A stretch of 61,579 nucleotides of DNA, counting the filler, from Candidatus Woesearchaeota archaeon CG1_02_57_44 (GTDB taxonomy: Archaea > Nanobdellota > Nanobdellia > Woesearchaeales > CG1-02-57-44), in the NCBI GenBank assembly GCA_001871415.1. It is 5 parts of 5 records of this genome, joined end to end, with 100 filler letters (N's around TTAATTAATTAA, not from the genome) between each part and the next. Parts side by side here need not be neighbours in the genome. Positions count along the whole stretch, not along the records: positions 47,560 to 59,389 come from MNWW01000012.1; 4 more parts are not named here. One strand, given 5' to 3'. This document shows, piece by piece, positions 47,560 to 59,142 of the stretch; position 1 is the first letter of the stretch, and every line of letters starts with the position of its first letter. Position numbers and translations under genes: made by a program. Under the pieces are notes generated by a model. That model was given only the letters and a program-made list of their open reading frames with translations. It did not search any database and was not told the origin of the DNA.

Positions 47560-48863
47560 AGGAGAAACTCGCGGGCCGCTTCGATGAAGTGACGGCTTGG
47601 CTGAAGCGCGAGCGCGCCAGCGTACAACTTCCTGTCTATGCGAGCTTTGATCTGCGTGATTCCGGGGTCAAGGCCAGCATCGTGGACTCCAACCTGTTTC
47701 CCGCAGGGTTCAATAATCTCACTGCAGAGGCGATGCAGGAAGCGTCAAGACAGGTCGCAGCGTACTTGCCTGGCATCTCGGAAAGCAAGAATGTGCTCAT
47801 CATACCCGAAGCGCACACGCGCAATGTCTACTACCTCGCGAACCTTTGCGCCCTGAAGCGCATGCTGATGAAAGCAGGATACAACGTCACCTTGGGGACG
47901 ACGCTGGATGATGCAGATGATGTCATCGTCCTGCGCGACGCGTGCGACCATGACCTGGTGCTCGAGCGCATGCGTAATGAGCATGGACGCCTGGTGACCG
48001 CCTCGTTCTCCGATGGTATCATCCTGCTTAACAATGATTTTTCCGTGGGCGCCCCCGACCTGCTCAGCAAGCTCACTGACCCCATCATCCCCCTGCCCGT
48101 GTTGGGCTGGGCTCATCGCAGGAAGTACAATCATTTCAAGCACCTGTGCTCGCTTATCAATCGTTTCAGCGCGGACTTCGACTTGGACCCTTGGCTGCTC
48201 TGCACGCTCATCGCCGAAGTGCCTGACATTGATTTTGGCACAGGCAAGCGTGTCGAAGATGTGGCCAGCGCGGTCGATAGGATGTTGTCGCAGCTGTGCA
48301 AGAAGCACCAACAGTATGGCATCACGGAAGACCCCTATGTCTTCATCAAGGACAATTCCGGGACATACGGCATGGGCATCCTGACCGTGAAGAGCGGCAG
48401 AGAAGTGCTGGACCTGAACAGCAAGGCGCGGCGCAGCATGCGCTTCGGGAAGCAGAGATCGGCCATAACGAGCGTCATCATCCAGGAAGGCATCAGCACC
48501 AAGCATCGCGTGGACGGCGCCGCGGCAGAGCCTGTGCTCTACGCGGTCGGCGGGCAAGTCGTAGGAGGGTTCATGCGGCTGCATGATGAGAAAGATCCCA
48601 TGACCAGCCTGAACTCGCCAGGCGCCAAGTTCGACATCCTGCTGAAGGATAATATCACCGCGCCCATCATCGATATCGACCAAAAGGAACTGAGCATCTA
48701 CCGAGTGCTTGCGGATCTGGCCATGATAGCAGTAGGTCAGGAGACAGCGGACGCGCTGGCAGGAGTGAAAGCCGGTGAACATGCAGGCCACATATTACAG
48801 GACCCGCCTGATAACCTCCCTGCAAAGTCCGGCGTGAAATCGCAAGGAGGCGAAAGATCATGA
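47560..48863 (+). CDS. gshA: glutamate-cysteine ligase, ATP-grasp-like GshA type (5' partial)
   Basis: PVYASFDLRDSG..VDSNLFPAGFNNL, PEAHTRN, LLNND, GTYGMGI, IIQEGI, AEPV. Confidence 0.9.
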
Positions 48864-49771
48864 AACTTCTCTTCATCATCGATCCCCTGCAAAAGCTTAA
48901 ATGGGCCACAGATACCAGTATCGCGCTGATGCGCGAAGCGCTGTCCCGTGGACATAAGGTCTGGTATTGCACCACGGTATTCTGGGATGGCAGCACAAAG
49001 GCCTATGCGCACGCGCTGGACGCGAAACTCCATGCGAAAGAAGGACAAGTGATGGACGTATCAGGATTCGATACGGTCCTCATGCGTCTGGAGCCACCCT
49101 ACGACCTGCAGTACCACTATGTCACGTTGCTGCTGGACCTCGCTGATACCCTGGTCCTGAATCGCCCGCAGGCGCTACGCGACGCGAACGAGAAACTGGC
49201 AGCGTTGCTGTTTCCGGCGCTGATTCCTGCCACCTTGGTGAGCAGAGATGCTGATTCGGTCGTAGCGTTTGTCAAGAAGCATGGCAAAGCCGTGCTCAAA
49301 CCTATCCATCTTTTCGGTGGTCAGGGCGTGACGCTGGTCGAGGCGGCTGATGAGCCTGACGATCGACTGCAGCCCAAGGTCGAGCATTATACGAAGGATG
49401 GCTTTTGCATCGCCCAGGAATTCTTGCCTGGCGTCTATAAGGGCGATAAGCGCGTCATGATGCTGGACGGGAAGCTGTTGGGAGCTATACGCCGTGTCCC
49501 TCAGGAAGGCGAGTTTCGGGCTAACATGGTCATCGGCGGCAAGGCCGAGCACATAGAGCTGGATGATGACCTTCGCATCGTAGGCGAGGTAGGGCCCTGG
49601 CTGCGTGAGAGCGGCATCTTCCTCGCAGGACTCGACATCATCGATGGCAAGCTCATCGAGATCAATGTGACCTGCCCTACAGGCATCGTGCCGATAGCGA
49701 ATTTCACCGGCCGGAACGTCGCAGGGGAAATTGTTACTGCTCTGGAGCAAAAGGTTTTAATGCGCACCTGA
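48860..49771 (+). CDS. gshB: glutathione synthetase, prokaryotic type
   Basis: FIIDPL, DTSIALM, VLMRLEPP, ANEKL, GDKRV, FRANMVIGG, EINVTCPTG; ATGA overlap with gshA. Confidence 0.95.
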   Translation: MKLLFIIDPLQKLKWATDTSIALMREALSRGHKVWYCTTVFWDGSTKAYAHALDAKLHAKEGQVMDVSGFDTVLMRLEPPYDLQYHYVTLLLDLADTLVLNRPQALRDANEKLAALLFPALIPATLVSRDADSVVAFVKKHGKAVLKPIHLFGGQGVTLVEAADEPDDRLQPKVEHYTKDGFCIAQEFLPGVYKGDKRVMMLDGKLLGAIRRVPQEGEFRANMVIGGKAEHIELDDDLRIVGEVGPWLRESGIFLAGLDIIDGKLIEINVTCPTGIVPIANFTGRNVAGEIVTALEQKVLMRT

Positions 49772-49784
49772 AATTGTCTGCACC

Positions 49785-50507
49785 ATGCGCCTATGTCTGT
49801 GGCATGATGGACCTGTCCGGGAGACCCCTGCATTAGAAACGCTGCTGGCATCAGGAGATGGTTTTTTTACCTATGCGCCAATACCCGTCCCTGCTGAGCT
49901 CTCGCGAGGATGGAATGTGCCAAAACGTTTGGTTCAGGCATACCAGGATATCGTGACGCTTCGCCGGGTCCGGCACCATGGCGGCATCCACGAGCGCGAG
50001 TATCGTCATGCATGGGCAACGGTTCTTCGCTCGCAGACTGACAGCGTCGCCAGCAGGCATCCTGACTGGATAATACGGGGCAACAAGCATTATGGAGGAT
50101 TCCTGCACCTTGTCGTATGTGATCGTAATGGGCGATTCGTCACGGATCAGGGTCTGGCAGCGATACAGGAATACCGCGAAGCATGGTCCGATATCCGGCA
50201 CCTGGCCAGGCACCTGGACTCACCCCAAGATGTCGCAGATGTGCTCGAGCAGATGCCTTCTCCTCTGGGGCGGGAAAATCTTACCCGCGCTGAATGCTAC
50301 CTGGCCTTTGCCACGCTGGAGACCAATACCAGCGTCATGGACCCTCCCAAGAGCATCATCGATAACCGGGCGGATCTCGGTTCCTACGTCGCCGGAGTTC
50401 TCGCACGCGCGGCGATGGCTCGAAAGACAGGGACCTGGTACGGAACCGAAAGACAGAAATATGACACAGTTGTGTTCTCCGAACATGACTCCTGGGATGA
50501 TGAGTGA
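49785..50507 (+). CDS. hypothetical protein
   Basis: 240-aa ORF packed between gshB and the ABC ATPase. Confidence 0.6.
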   Translation: MRLCLWHDGPVRETPALETLLASGDGFFTYAPIPVPAELSRGWNVPKRLVQAYQDIVTLRRVRHHGGIHEREYRHAWATVLRSQTDSVASRHPDWIIRGNKHYGGFLHLVVCDRNGRFVTDQGLAAIQEYREAWSDIRHLARHLDSPQDVADVLEQMPSPLGRENLTRAECYLAFATLETNTSVMDPPKSIIDNRADLGSYVAGVLARAAMARKTGTWYGTERQKYDTVVFSEHDSWDDE

Positions 50508-51462
50508 GACCGCAGAAGCTGCGCTGGAGATAACTGACCTGCGCAAGACCTATCCAGGAGGTGTGGTCGCGCTCGACGGCATCTCATTTTCGGTTCTCAA
50601 AGGAGATTTTTTCGCGCTGCTCGGCCCTAATGGCGCGGGCAAGAGCACGACCATGGGCATCGTCTCTGGCCTGGTGGTACGCGGCAGCGGACTAGCGCGG
50701 GTGTTCGGCCATGACGCGGGCAGCGTCGAAGCCAAGTCATGCATCGGCCTGGTGCCGCAGGAATTCAATTTCTCCATCTTCGAGAAAGTCGAAGACATCC
50801 TGGTGCAGCAGGCAGGCTACTTCGGCATGCCAAGACGCTATGCGCTCGGGCGCTCCGAGACGCTGCTCAAGAAGCTCGGGCTCTGGGAGAAGCGTCATGC
50901 GCAGGGCCTCAAGCTCTCGGGCGGGATGAAGCGCAAGCTCCTGATAGCGCGGGCGCTCATGCACGAGCCCAGGCTGCTGGTACTCGACGAGCCGACCGCA
51001 GGGGTGGATGTCGAGACCAGGCGCTCCATGTGGGAGTTCATCACCACGCTCAACAAGGCCGGCACGACCATCATCCTGAGCACACACTACCTTGAGGAAG
51101 CCGAGCAGCTCTGCAAGAACATCGCGATCATCGACAACGGTACTATTCTTGCAGACACCAATATGCGCGATTTTCTACGCACGGTCGCCAGGGAGACCTA
51201 TGTGCTGGACATTGAGCAGAAGGTGACTGACGATGCATCGGGTAGGCCTTCAGGCGCGGTTGTCGTCGACGAGCACACGCTCGAGGTGACAGTGGCCAAA
51301 GGTGAAGGATTGAATACGATATTCAAGTCGCTTGATAAGAAGGGATTGACGGTCCTGGGATGTAGGGCAAAGCAGAACCGGCTGGAGCAATTGTTCGTCG
51401 GCATGACCGGCGAGAATGGTAAGGAAGCGAAGACGGGAAGCGGCGACAAGGTGAGCGCATGA
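50497..51462 (+). CDS. ABC-2 type transporter ATP-binding protein (YadG-like)
   Basis: GPNGAGKST, LSGGMKR, LDEPT, STHYLEE. Confidence 0.95.
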   Translation: MMSETAEAALEITDLRKTYPGGVVALDGISFSVLKGDFFALLGPNGAGKSTTMGIVSGLVVRGSGLARVFGHDAGSVEAKSCIGLVPQEFNFSIFEKVEDILVQQAGYFGMPRRYALGRSETLLKKLGLWEKRHAQGLKLSGGMKRKLLIARALMHEPRLLVLDEPTAGVDVETRRSMWEFITTLNKAGTTIILSTHYLEEAEQLCKNIAIIDNGTILADTNMRDFLRTVARETYVLDIEQKVTDDASGRPSGAVVVDEHTLEVTVAKGEGLNTIFKSLDKKGLTVLGCRAKQNRLEQLFVGMTGENGKEAKTGSGDKVSA

Positions 51463-52232
51463 GAGCCGCGCAGCAATGGCGAGCGTTTCTGACATTGCTC
51501 GGCAAAGAGGTCGGCAGGGTCTTTCGCATCTGGACGCAGACCCTGCTGCCAAGCGCCATCACCATGACGCTCTACTTCGTCATCTTCGGTAGTTTCATCG
51601 GCGATCGCATCCAGGATATGCAGGGTCATAGCTACGTCGCCTTCATCGTCCCGGGGCTCATCATGATGGCCGTGTTGACCAATAGTTATGCTAATGTGTC
51701 CAGCAGCTTCTTCGGGAATAAATTCCAAAAGAGCATAGAAGAGCTGCTCGTCAGCCCCATGCCCTCCTGGCTTATTGTCGCAGGATACACTGCGGGAGGA
51801 ATGGCTCGCGGGCTCATCGTAGGCGCCATCGTCACTGCCATATCGCTCTTCTTCGTGCCGCTGCAGGTGCATGCCTGGAGCGTGATCGTCGTGTTCGTGG
51901 TGCTGACCAGCGCAGTCTTCTCGCTCGCCGGCCTGCTCAATGGCATCTACGCGCGCAAGTTCGATGATGTCAGCATCGTGCCAACATTCGTGCTGACGCC
52001 GCTGACGTACCTTGGCGGCGTGTTCTATAGTGTCACCTTGTTGCCGCTGGTCTGGCAGCAGATCTCCCGCCTGAATCCCATCCTGTACATGGTCAATGGA
52101 TTCCGCTATGGCTTCCTTGGCATCAGCGACGTGCCAGTCGCAGGCGGGCTTATGATATTGATTACGCTGTGCCTGGGGCTTCTGGTGCTGGACGTGTACC
52201 TGATAGAGAAAGGTGTGCGGCTCAAGAGCTGA
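51459..52232 (+). CDS. ABC-2 type permease (YadH-like)
   Basis: RIWTQTL, PGLIMM, SIEELLVSP, TPLTYLGGVFYS, NPILYMVNGFRYG. Confidence 0.95.
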   Translation: MRAAQQWRAFLTLLGKEVGRVFRIWTQTLLPSAITMTLYFVIFGSFIGDRIQDMQGHSYVAFIVPGLIMMAVLTNSYANVSSSFFGNKFQKSIEELLVSPMPSWLIVAGYTAGGMARGLIVGAIVTAISLFFVPLQVHAWSVIVVFVVLTSAVFSLAGLLNGIYARKFDDVSIVPTFVLTPLTYLGGVFYSVTLLPLVWQQISRLNPILYMVNGFRYGFLGISDVPVAGGLMILITLCLGLLVLDVYLIEKGVRLKS

Positions 52233-52397
52233 GAAAAAACAAAAGAAGAGGACTATGGAAGAGACACAGGGCACACTGCATCAAGCGGACATCGGTACTG
52301 AATCAGCTCTTTCTCACGTCATGAGGTATTCGATAAGCGCCTGCCAGAGGCACCCTTGCATTAGCGCCTCTCTGCTGGCAGGGGCTTGACGCAGATA

Positions 52398-52592
52398 TTA
52401 CTTCCTGAGCACCGTCATCATCGGCTTTATCGCCAGGATGAGACTGACCACCAGGAAATAGGCCCACGGTGTGCTGATTGCCCAATTCGCAAACGCAGGC
52501 CACACAGACACCAAAAATAGCGTCGCGCACAGGACCGATAGCTTTGTCAGCGATATGTCCACCAAGGTCAGATCCTTCAGATTCAGTTTCAT
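52398..52592 (-). CDS. small 2-TM membrane protein
   Basis: SD GGAGG; DISLTKLS...W..YFLVVSL. Confidence 0.65.
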   Translation of the reverse strand: MKLNLKDLTLVDISLTKLSVLCATLFLVSVWPAFANWAISTPWAYFLVVSLILAIKPMMTVLRK

Positions 52593-52680
52593 GGTCGTGC
52601 CTCCTTGCAAAGTCTGTTTGAAAGGCTGTCGGACTTGGACTTTAATAAATTTTATATTGCAACCGTAATTATTCTGGTCC

Positions 52681-53688
52681 ATGGGCATACTGGCGCATGA
52701 GCATCTTGAGCAGGCGCTGGCCGCTGGGTTGGTGGGACTTGACCAGCATGGCTCTATCGGTCCGCTCTCCATCGATGTCTGTCTTGGAGACGAGTTGATA
52801 GACTCCACGACACGTCGACCCATTCGCATTCCTCCTGATGGGCTCATTGTGGGTCCGCAGGATAGCTACCTCTGGGAGTTTCCGACAGAGCTATCGCTCG
52901 CCGCAGGTCTCATCGGAGAAGTGGTCACTCGCAGCAGCTACGCCAGGCTGGGAATGGCTGTCAGCAGCGAGCCTTCAAAGAGCGTCCTTGAACTCAGCTT
53001 GCATGAGGATCGTGACTTCAGGCCACTTTGCACCTTGGAGACCTTCGGCACCATGGCGCGTGTGCGCCCTGGAGAGCCCCTCGGACAGCTTGTGCTAAGA
53101 ACCGGATATGAACAAGTGCCTGTAGAACAGCTGGGAGCGCTCATGGCAAAAGGCGACCTGGTGGTGGCCGACGACAGGGGACTGCTTTGCGCGGAGCAGG
53201 TGAGCTTCAATGGTGGATTGGAGTTGACCATGGACCGTCATATCAGGGTCTATCGCGCAGGCATGCTGCTTGACCCCCTGCAAGGCGTCGGTGATGACGA
53301 TTTCTTCCTCGTCGATCTCACACGACATCCTGAAGGGTATTGGCTCGGCCAAGATTCCTTCTTTCTCTCATCGTCTAGACAAGCAGTCGCCACCTCGAAC
53401 AAGTACGTCATCTCGGTCACCCCGTTCACCAGCCCTCCTGCTGATGGGCATGATCCTCGCAAGGACCGAAAGACACATCCCAACGCGCCTTACCACGCCT
53501 TCGGGCATGCTGCCCTGCGTCCCCTCACCTTCGAGAACCATGTGCTCTGCCCGGATGGCATCCGCGTCACTGACCGCGGCAAGCAGGCGGAGCTGCATGT
53601 GCACCCGCTCATCAGTCCCAGCGCGTATAGCACTCCCTCGCGCTATCAAGGACAAGAAGGACCCACCATGATGCGGCAAGGACGATAA
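52681..53688 (+). CDS. dCTP deaminase-like protein with duplicated dUTPase-fold domains
   Basis: PLSIDVCLG, TRSSYARLG, GEPLGQL; second repeat ending SRYQGQ. Confidence 0.7.
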   Translation: MGILAHEHLEQALAAGLVGLDQHGSIGPLSIDVCLGDELIDSTTRRPIRIPPDGLIVGPQDSYLWEFPTELSLAAGLIGEVVTRSSYARLGMAVSSEPSKSVLELSLHEDRDFRPLCTLETFGTMARVRPGEPLGQLVLRTGYEQVPVEQLGALMAKGDLVVADDRGLLCAEQVSFNGGLELTMDRHIRVYRAGMLLDPLQGVGDDDFFLVDLTRHPEGYWLGQDSFFLSSSRQAVATSNKYVISVTPFTSPPADGHDPRKDRKTHPNAPYHAFGHAALRPLTFENHVLCPDGIRVTDRGKQAELHVHPLISPSAYSTPSRYQGQEGPTMMRQGR

Positions 53689-53739
53689 GGGCTTGCCAAC
53701 GCGCAGGTCGCCGACAGCGGACAGTCGCATAATGGGCCC

Positions 53740-54579
53740 TCATCGGAGGAATGCCGCAAGTTCCTGATTCGCCGCGGTCTCATCATAGCCCTGGTCGAAT
53801 GCCTGTTGTATGTCAGCTTTTCTGTTGCTCAATGTGGTCAACCACAATTTTGACGAAGGTCTTATCACCAGCACTTTGATTGACGGTGGCACATGGTAAG
53901 CCGCCACATCCCTCTCGGCTTGATAATAGCTCTTTCTGAACGGCTGAAGGCGCATCCAGAATTTGAACGCCAGATTGTCCATCCTGAGCTTTCCGGAGGG
54001 CATATTATGTATTATCAGGATCTTTGTCGCCCCGCATTCTACCGCCTTCCCTATATGGGTCTGCGCCCTTGCCGAAAGCAGACTGTCGCAGTAGAGCGAA
54101 CCACCCACTGCGATGCGCGGGTCCCACTTGTAAGCGATAGGCATCGCCTTTGCCGCGCGTAAGCATTCAAAGACGTCCATCCCCTGATGATTATCAAAAT
54201 AATCGATGTGACCGGTCTTTGTGTTGAGCGCCGGCATGAGAAACCTGGTCTTTGCTTGCAGCACCTTGCGGGCATCCAGGGGATGCTGGCGCTTGCATAC
54301 CTCATCGATGATGTAATCGATGTCAATTATTTTCCAGAACCTCCTACGACTCAGCACCCTCCTCGAGGAGACCATGTCGACCCACAGGTGACGCAACCTA
54401 TCCGGCTGCCCGGCGACGAAGTAAGCCCCGGTCCCCGCGCTGCCGGAACCGCAGATCATCAAGAACGGCTCAGTCACCTGATACTGCTCGGCAAGCGCGA
54501 GCAGCGCGCCCGCGCCGTAGCTTGACTTCACTCCTTGGCCAGATACGATGATGGCAAGTTTTTGCTCCACATTTGCCAT
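53740..54579 (-). CDS. patatin-like phospholipase (divergent)
   Basis: SGQGVKSSY oxyanion loop, GSAG nucleophile, LRAAKAMP, YCDS. Confidence 0.75.
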   Translation of the reverse strand: MANVEQKLAIIVSGQGVKSSYGAGALLALAEQYQVTEPFLMICGSGSAGTGAYFVAGQPDRLRHLWVDMVSSRRVLSRRRFWKIIDIDYIIDEVCKRQHPLDARKVLQAKTRFLMPALNTKTGHIDYFDNHQGMDVFECLRAAKAMPIAYKWDPRIAVGGSLYCDSLLSARAQTHIGKAVECGATKILIIHNMPSGKLRMDNLAFKFWMRLQPFRKSYYQAERDVAAYHVPPSIKVLVIRPSSKLWLTTLSNRKADIQQAFDQGYDETAANQELAAFLR

Positions 54580-54693
54580 AAACAGTCATTCAATAATAAG
54601 GTTGCTATGCTGCAGACAAAGGTCGGACCCTATCCACTGGCCACTGTTCGGACGGCCAAAACGTTTTAAAAGGGGCGCGTTTTGTGGCACAGC

Positions 54694-57627
54694 ATGGACA
54701 AGAGCACACGTTCGGGTGTAAGAAGATCAGCAGCATCAGCATCCTCAGGAATCGGTACCTCCTACATCTCCATCAGGGGCGCAAGAGAGCACAATCTCAA
54801 GAACATCAATGTTGACCTGCCCCGGGACAAGCTCATCGTCATCACCGGCCTGTCAGGTTCGGGCAAGAGCACACTCGCATTCGACACCCTCTATGCCGAA
54901 GGCCAGAGGCGCTATGTCGAATCACTCTCCTCGTACGCCCGGCAGTTCCTGGGGCTCATGAGCAAGCCAGATGTGGACAGCATCGAAGGGCTCAGCCCTG
55001 CCATCAGCATCGAGCAGAAGACCACGAGCAAGAATCCCCGCAGCACGGTCGGGACGGTGACGGAAATCTATGATTATCTGCGTCTGCTCTATGCGCGCAT
55101 CGGCACACCGCATTGCCCGGAGCACGGATTGCCTATAGCGGCGCAGAGCCCGCAGAAGATAGCAGAGCGCATCGCTGAAGACGCGGAGGCGCTTGCTGGC
55201 AAGGGTACGACGAACAAGGGTAAAGTCCTCCGAGGCAAGGCCCGACAGGCAACCGGGACCATCATCATCGCGGCACCCATCATCCGTCAGGTCAAGGGCA
55301 CGCACGAGAAACTTGTGGAGAAGCTGGGGCATGACGGCTACACCAAGGTGCGCATCAACGGGCATTGGCAGCGCACTGACCATGACGTGACGCTCGAGCG
55401 CTACAAGAAGCATGACATCCTCGTTGGCATCGACGAAGTCGAGCCCTGGGACACCGAGCGTCTCACCGAGGCGGTCGAGCAGGCAGTGTCGGTCGGCCAA
55501 GGACTCGTCATCGTGGAGCGCGACGGCAAGGACACGCTCTACTCATCGAAGATGGCCTGCCCCACCTGCGGCATCACCATGGAGGAGCTCAGCCCGCGGA
55601 TGTTCAGCTTCAACGCCCCTTTCGGCGCGTGCGAGACATGCGATGGTTTGGGCATCCGCATGGATTTCGACGAAGAGCTCATCATCCCGGACAAGAGCAT
55701 GAGCATCGCTGATGGCGCCATCATGATATATCGCAATGCCATCGACGGATGGCGCGGCAAATACCTGGGCGCGGTGGCCAAGCACTTCGGCTTTGACGCA
55801 TTCACTCCCATCACCAAGCTGACCAAACGACAGTACAACGCGCTCATGCACGGCAGCGACGAGGACATACGCTTCAAGCTCACCATGAAGGGCGGGGACG
55901 CTGAATGGAAGCACACCGGCACCTGGGAAGGGCTCATCCCGCAGAGCGAGCGATTGTACCATCAGACGAACTCAGATTACCGGAAGCGCGAGCTCGAGAA
56001 GTTCATGCGCATCAGCGGATGCACGGCCTGCAAGGGAAAGCGCCTCAAGCCAGCTGTGCTCGCGGTCACGGTCGGAGGCAAGAGCATCGCTGAGCTGACT
56101 GACCTTTCCATCAAGGAAGCCCTCCTGTTCCTCAGGAAGCTCTCGCTCACCCAGCAGCAGCAGACGATCGCCAGGCAATTGCTCAAGGAGATAGATGAGC
56201 GCCTCAACTTCCTCTCCGAGGTGGGCCTTGACTACCTCACGCTCTCGCGAGCCGCCGGCACATTATCTGGCGGCGAGGCCCAGCGCATCCGGCTGGCCAC
56301 GCAGATAGGCACGAACCTGATGGGCGTTCTGTATATCCTGGATGAGCCAAGCATCGGGCTGCACCAGCGCGACAACAGACGGCTCATCGCGACGCTCGAG
56401 AAGCTTCGTGACCTTGGCAACACGGTCATCGTGGTCGAGCACGACGAGGACACCATGCTGCACGCTGATGTGCTCGTGGACATGGGACCTGGCGCAGGTA
56501 CGCACGGCGGAAAGATAATCGCGCAGGGCACGGCCGAGGAAGTGATGGCCAATAAGCATTCGCTCACCGGACAATACCTCGCAGGGGCGCAGAAAATACC
56601 GGTTCCGCAAGTGCGCAGGAAGGCGACGGGCTCGTTAACGATATCCGGCTGCACGGAGCATAATCTCAAGGACGTCACGGCGAAGATACCCACTGGTGTG
56701 CTGGTGGCCATCACCGGCGTCTCTGGCAGCGGCAAGAGCACGCTCATCAATGACGTGCTCTACCAGGGCATGCGAAAGCTCTTGCACAACAGCAACGATC
56801 CTGTAGGTAAGCATACGTCCATCACGTTCGGCCAGGATATCGAATCAGTCATCGTCATCGATCAGAGTCCCATCGGCAGGACGCCGAGGAGCAACCCTGC
56901 GACCTACACCAAGGCGTTCGACGAGATACGTTCGCTGTTCGCCAACAACCGGGAAGCCAAGATGCGCGGCTACAAGCCCGGTAGATTCAGCTTCAATGTC
57001 CCCGGCGGCAGGTGCGAGGCCTGCCAAGGCGACGGGGTGCTCAAGATAGAGATGAACTTCCTTCCTGACGTCTATGTCCCGTGCGAGGAATGCAAAGGCA
57101 GCCGCTACAACCAGGAGACCTTGCAGGTCCGCTTCCAGGGGCACACCATCGCTGACGTGCTCGCCATGAGCGTGGATGACGCAAGCGAGCTGTTCAGGAA
57201 CCATCGCGGCATCATGCGCAAGCTCTCGCTGCTGCAGCGCGTCGGGCTCGGTTATGTGACGCTGGGCCAGAGCAGCACGACATTATCAGGCGGGGAAGCG
57301 CAGCGCATCAAGCTGACGCGCGAGCTCGCCAAATCACAATCCGGCAGGACCTTGTACCTGCTGGACGAGCCGACCACGGGCCTGCACATGCATGATGTAG
57401 GCCAGCTTATCGCTGTCTTGAACGACCTGGTGGAGAAAGGCAATACCGTACTGGTCATCGAGCATAATCTCGATGTGGTCAAATCAGCGGACTGGGTCAT
57501 CGACCTGGGGCCTGAAGGCGGCGACGAGGGCGGGCGCATCATCGCCGAAGGGACACCTGAGGACATCGTGAAGGCGAAGACCTACACAGGACAGTATCTG
57601 GCACGTGCGCTGAACGGGGGAACATGA
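54694..57627 (+). CDS. uvrA: excinuclease ABC subunit A
   Basis: [25 protein letters not shown] x2, Zn fingers. Confidence 0.99.
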   Translation: MDKSTRSGVRRSAASASSGIGTSYISIRGAREHNLKNINVDLPRDKLIVITGLSGSGKSTLAFDTLYAEGQRRYVESLSSYARQFLGLMSKPDVDSIEGLSPAISIEQKTTSKNPRSTVGTVTEIYDYLRLLYARIGTPHCPEHGLPIAAQSPQKIAERIAEDAEALAGKGTTNKGKVLRGKARQATGTIIIAAPIIRQVKGTHEKLVEKLGHDGYTKVRINGHWQRTDHDVTLERYKKHDILVGIDEVEPWDTERLTEAVEQAVSVGQGLVIVERDGKDTLYSSKMACPTCGITMEELSPRMFSFNAPFGACETCDGLGIRMDFDEELIIPDKSMSIADGAIMIYRNAIDGWRGKYLGAVAKHFGFDAFTPITKLTKRQYNALMHGSDEDIRFKLTMKGGDAEWKHTGTWEGLIPQSERLYHQTNSDYRKRELEKFMRISGCTACKGKRLKPAVLAVTVGGKSIAELTDLSIKEALLFLRKLSLTQQQQTIARQLLKEIDERLNFLSEVGLDYLTLSRAAGTLSGGEAQRIRLATQIGTNLMGVLYILDEPSIGLHQRDNRRLIATLEKLRDLGNTVIVVEHDEDTMLHADVLVDMGPGAGTHGGKIIAQGTAEEVMANKHSLTGQYLAGAQKIPVPQVRRKATGSLTISGCTEHNLKDVTAKIPTGVLVAITGVSGSGKSTLINDVLYQGMRKLLHNSNDPVGKHTSITFGQDIESVIVIDQSPIGRTPRSNPATYTKAFDEIRSLFANNREAKMRGYKPGRFSFNVPGGRCEACQGDGVLKIEMNFLPDVYVPCEECKGSRYNQETLQVRFQGHTIADVLAMSVDDASELFRNHRGIMRKLSLLQRVGLGYVTLGQSSTTLSGGEAQRIKLTRELAKSQSGRTLYLLDEPTTGLHMHDVGQLIAVLNDLVEKGNTVLVIEHNLDVVKSADWVIDLGPEGGDEGGRIIAEGTPEDIVKAKTYTGQYLARALNGGT

Positions 57628-59142
57628 ATGATCCCCGGCATGCCTGATTCGCCAGGATGCTACTTGTTCAAGGACGCTGCAGGCGCCATCATCTATGTGG
57701 GCAAGGCGAAATCGCTGCGAAAGCGCGTCGCCTCCTACAGCAGACCCAAGGATCCGAAGACCATGGCGCTCGTCGGCAATATCGCCGACGCTGATTTTAT
57801 GGTGACCTCGAGCGAGACCGAGGCCCTGCTGCTGGAGAACAATCTCATCAAGAAACATCAGCCCAAGTATAATATCAATCTTCGCGACTCACGACGCTAC
57901 GCGTACCTGATGGTCACGGACGAGGAGTATCCGCGCGTGCTGCTCAGCAGGGAAGGCGGACAGTATGGGCCGTTCATCTCCTCAGAGCAGCGCGACACCC
58001 TGCTGAAGCTGACACGCGCCCTCTTCGGCATCAGGACGTGCAATCGCATGCCCAAGCGGGCATGTCTCAGGTACCATATCGGGCTGTGCTCCGCGCCCTG
58101 CATCGGCGCGGTGAGCAAGGAGGAGTATCTGGCGAGGGTCGCGCAGGCACGGCAGGTACTATCCGGAAAGATGAACGAGGTGAAGCAGGGACTGGCGCGA
58201 CAGATGAAGGATGCCAGCGCCGGACAGGACTTCGAGCAGGCGCTGCTGCTGCGCAACAAGCTCTATGCGCTCGAAGGGCTCACCGAGAAGCAGAACGTGG
58301 AGCGGACGAGAGGCGATGAGCACATCATCAATATCCTCGAGGACGAAGGGACCTTGCAGGTGATGCTGTTCGGAGTCAAGCACGGCGTGCTGGAAGGCAA
58401 ACAAGAGTTCTCGTTTCATCGACCCAATGGGCTTGAGGAATTTTTGACCCAGTATTACGCGGAGGAAGAGCCGCCACGCCTGGTCGTCTTGCCAGAGCAG
58501 GTCAGCGACGCGGCAAAAGCGTTCCTGCGACAGCGCGGCGCGCGCGTCATGGTCCCGGCGAAGGGAGCCCGAAGGGAACTGCTCGACCTTGTCCTGGAGA
58601 ATCTTCGTGCTTCAGTGCACGGCGGCAAGGAGCAGGTCATCGCGCTGCAGAAGGCGCTTGGTATGCAGGAGTCGCCATCGATCATGGAATGCTTTGATAT
58701 CAGCCACATCCAGGGAAGCGCCATGGTCGGCAGCATGGTCAGGTTCAGCAATGGCAGGCCGGACAAGAGCAACTATCGCAGGTTCAAGATACGGACCGTA
58801 GAAGGGGTAGATGACTTCGCCGCCATAGCGGAGATTGTTACCCGGCGGTATCGCCGGCTGCTCATGGAGCGCCAGCAGATGCCCGACCTAGTCGTCATCG
58901 ACGGCGGGGCAGGACAGCTGTCGTCTGCATTGTCAGCGCTCAAAGCCCTCGGACTGCAACTGCCCATCATCGGCCTAGCCAAACGCAATGAAGAAGTGGT
59001 ATTGCCTGGCGGGAGGATGCTGCGATGGGACAAGCATAAGAAGGAATTGCACCTCCTGCAGGCCATCAGGGATGAGGCGCACCGTTTCGCGCTCTCGTAT
59101 CATCGGCTCCTGCGGCGAAAAGCCCTCAGGGAAGCACGATAA
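57628..59142 (+). CDS. uvrC: excinuclease ABC subunit C (no C-terminal HhH)
   Basis: GIY-YIG PGCY..IYVGKA, Cys cluster, FDISH, IDGG, RDEAHRFA. Confidence 0.97.
   Translation: MIPGMPDSPGCYLFKDAAGAIIYVGKAKSLRKRVASYSRPKDPKTMALVGNIADADFMVTSSETEALLLENNLIKKHQPKYNINLRDSRRYAYLMVTDEEYPRVLLSREGGQYGPFISSEQRDTLLKLTRALFGIRTCNRMPKRACLRYHIGLCSAPCIGAVSKEEYLARVAQARQVLSGKMNEVKQGLARQMKDASAGQDFEQALLLRNKLYALEGLTEKQNVERTRGDEHIINILEDEGTLQVMLFGVKHGVLEGKQEFSFHRPNGLEEFLTQYYAEEEPPRLVVLPEQVSDAAKAFLRQRGARVMVPAKGARRELLDLVLENLRASVHGGKEQVIALQKALGMQESPSIMECFDISHIQGSAMVGSMVRFSNGRPDKSNYRRFKIRTVEGVDDFAAIAEIVTRRYRRLLMERQQMPDLVVIDGGAGQLSSALSALKALGLQLPIIGLAKRNEEVVLPGGRMLRWDKHKKELHLLQAIRDEAHRFALSYHRLLRRKALREAR

Noticed and set aside
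44340..49771. GST and gshAB as one physical cluster
   Set aside because: A contig linker at 47460-47559 separates them, so proximity is not evidence
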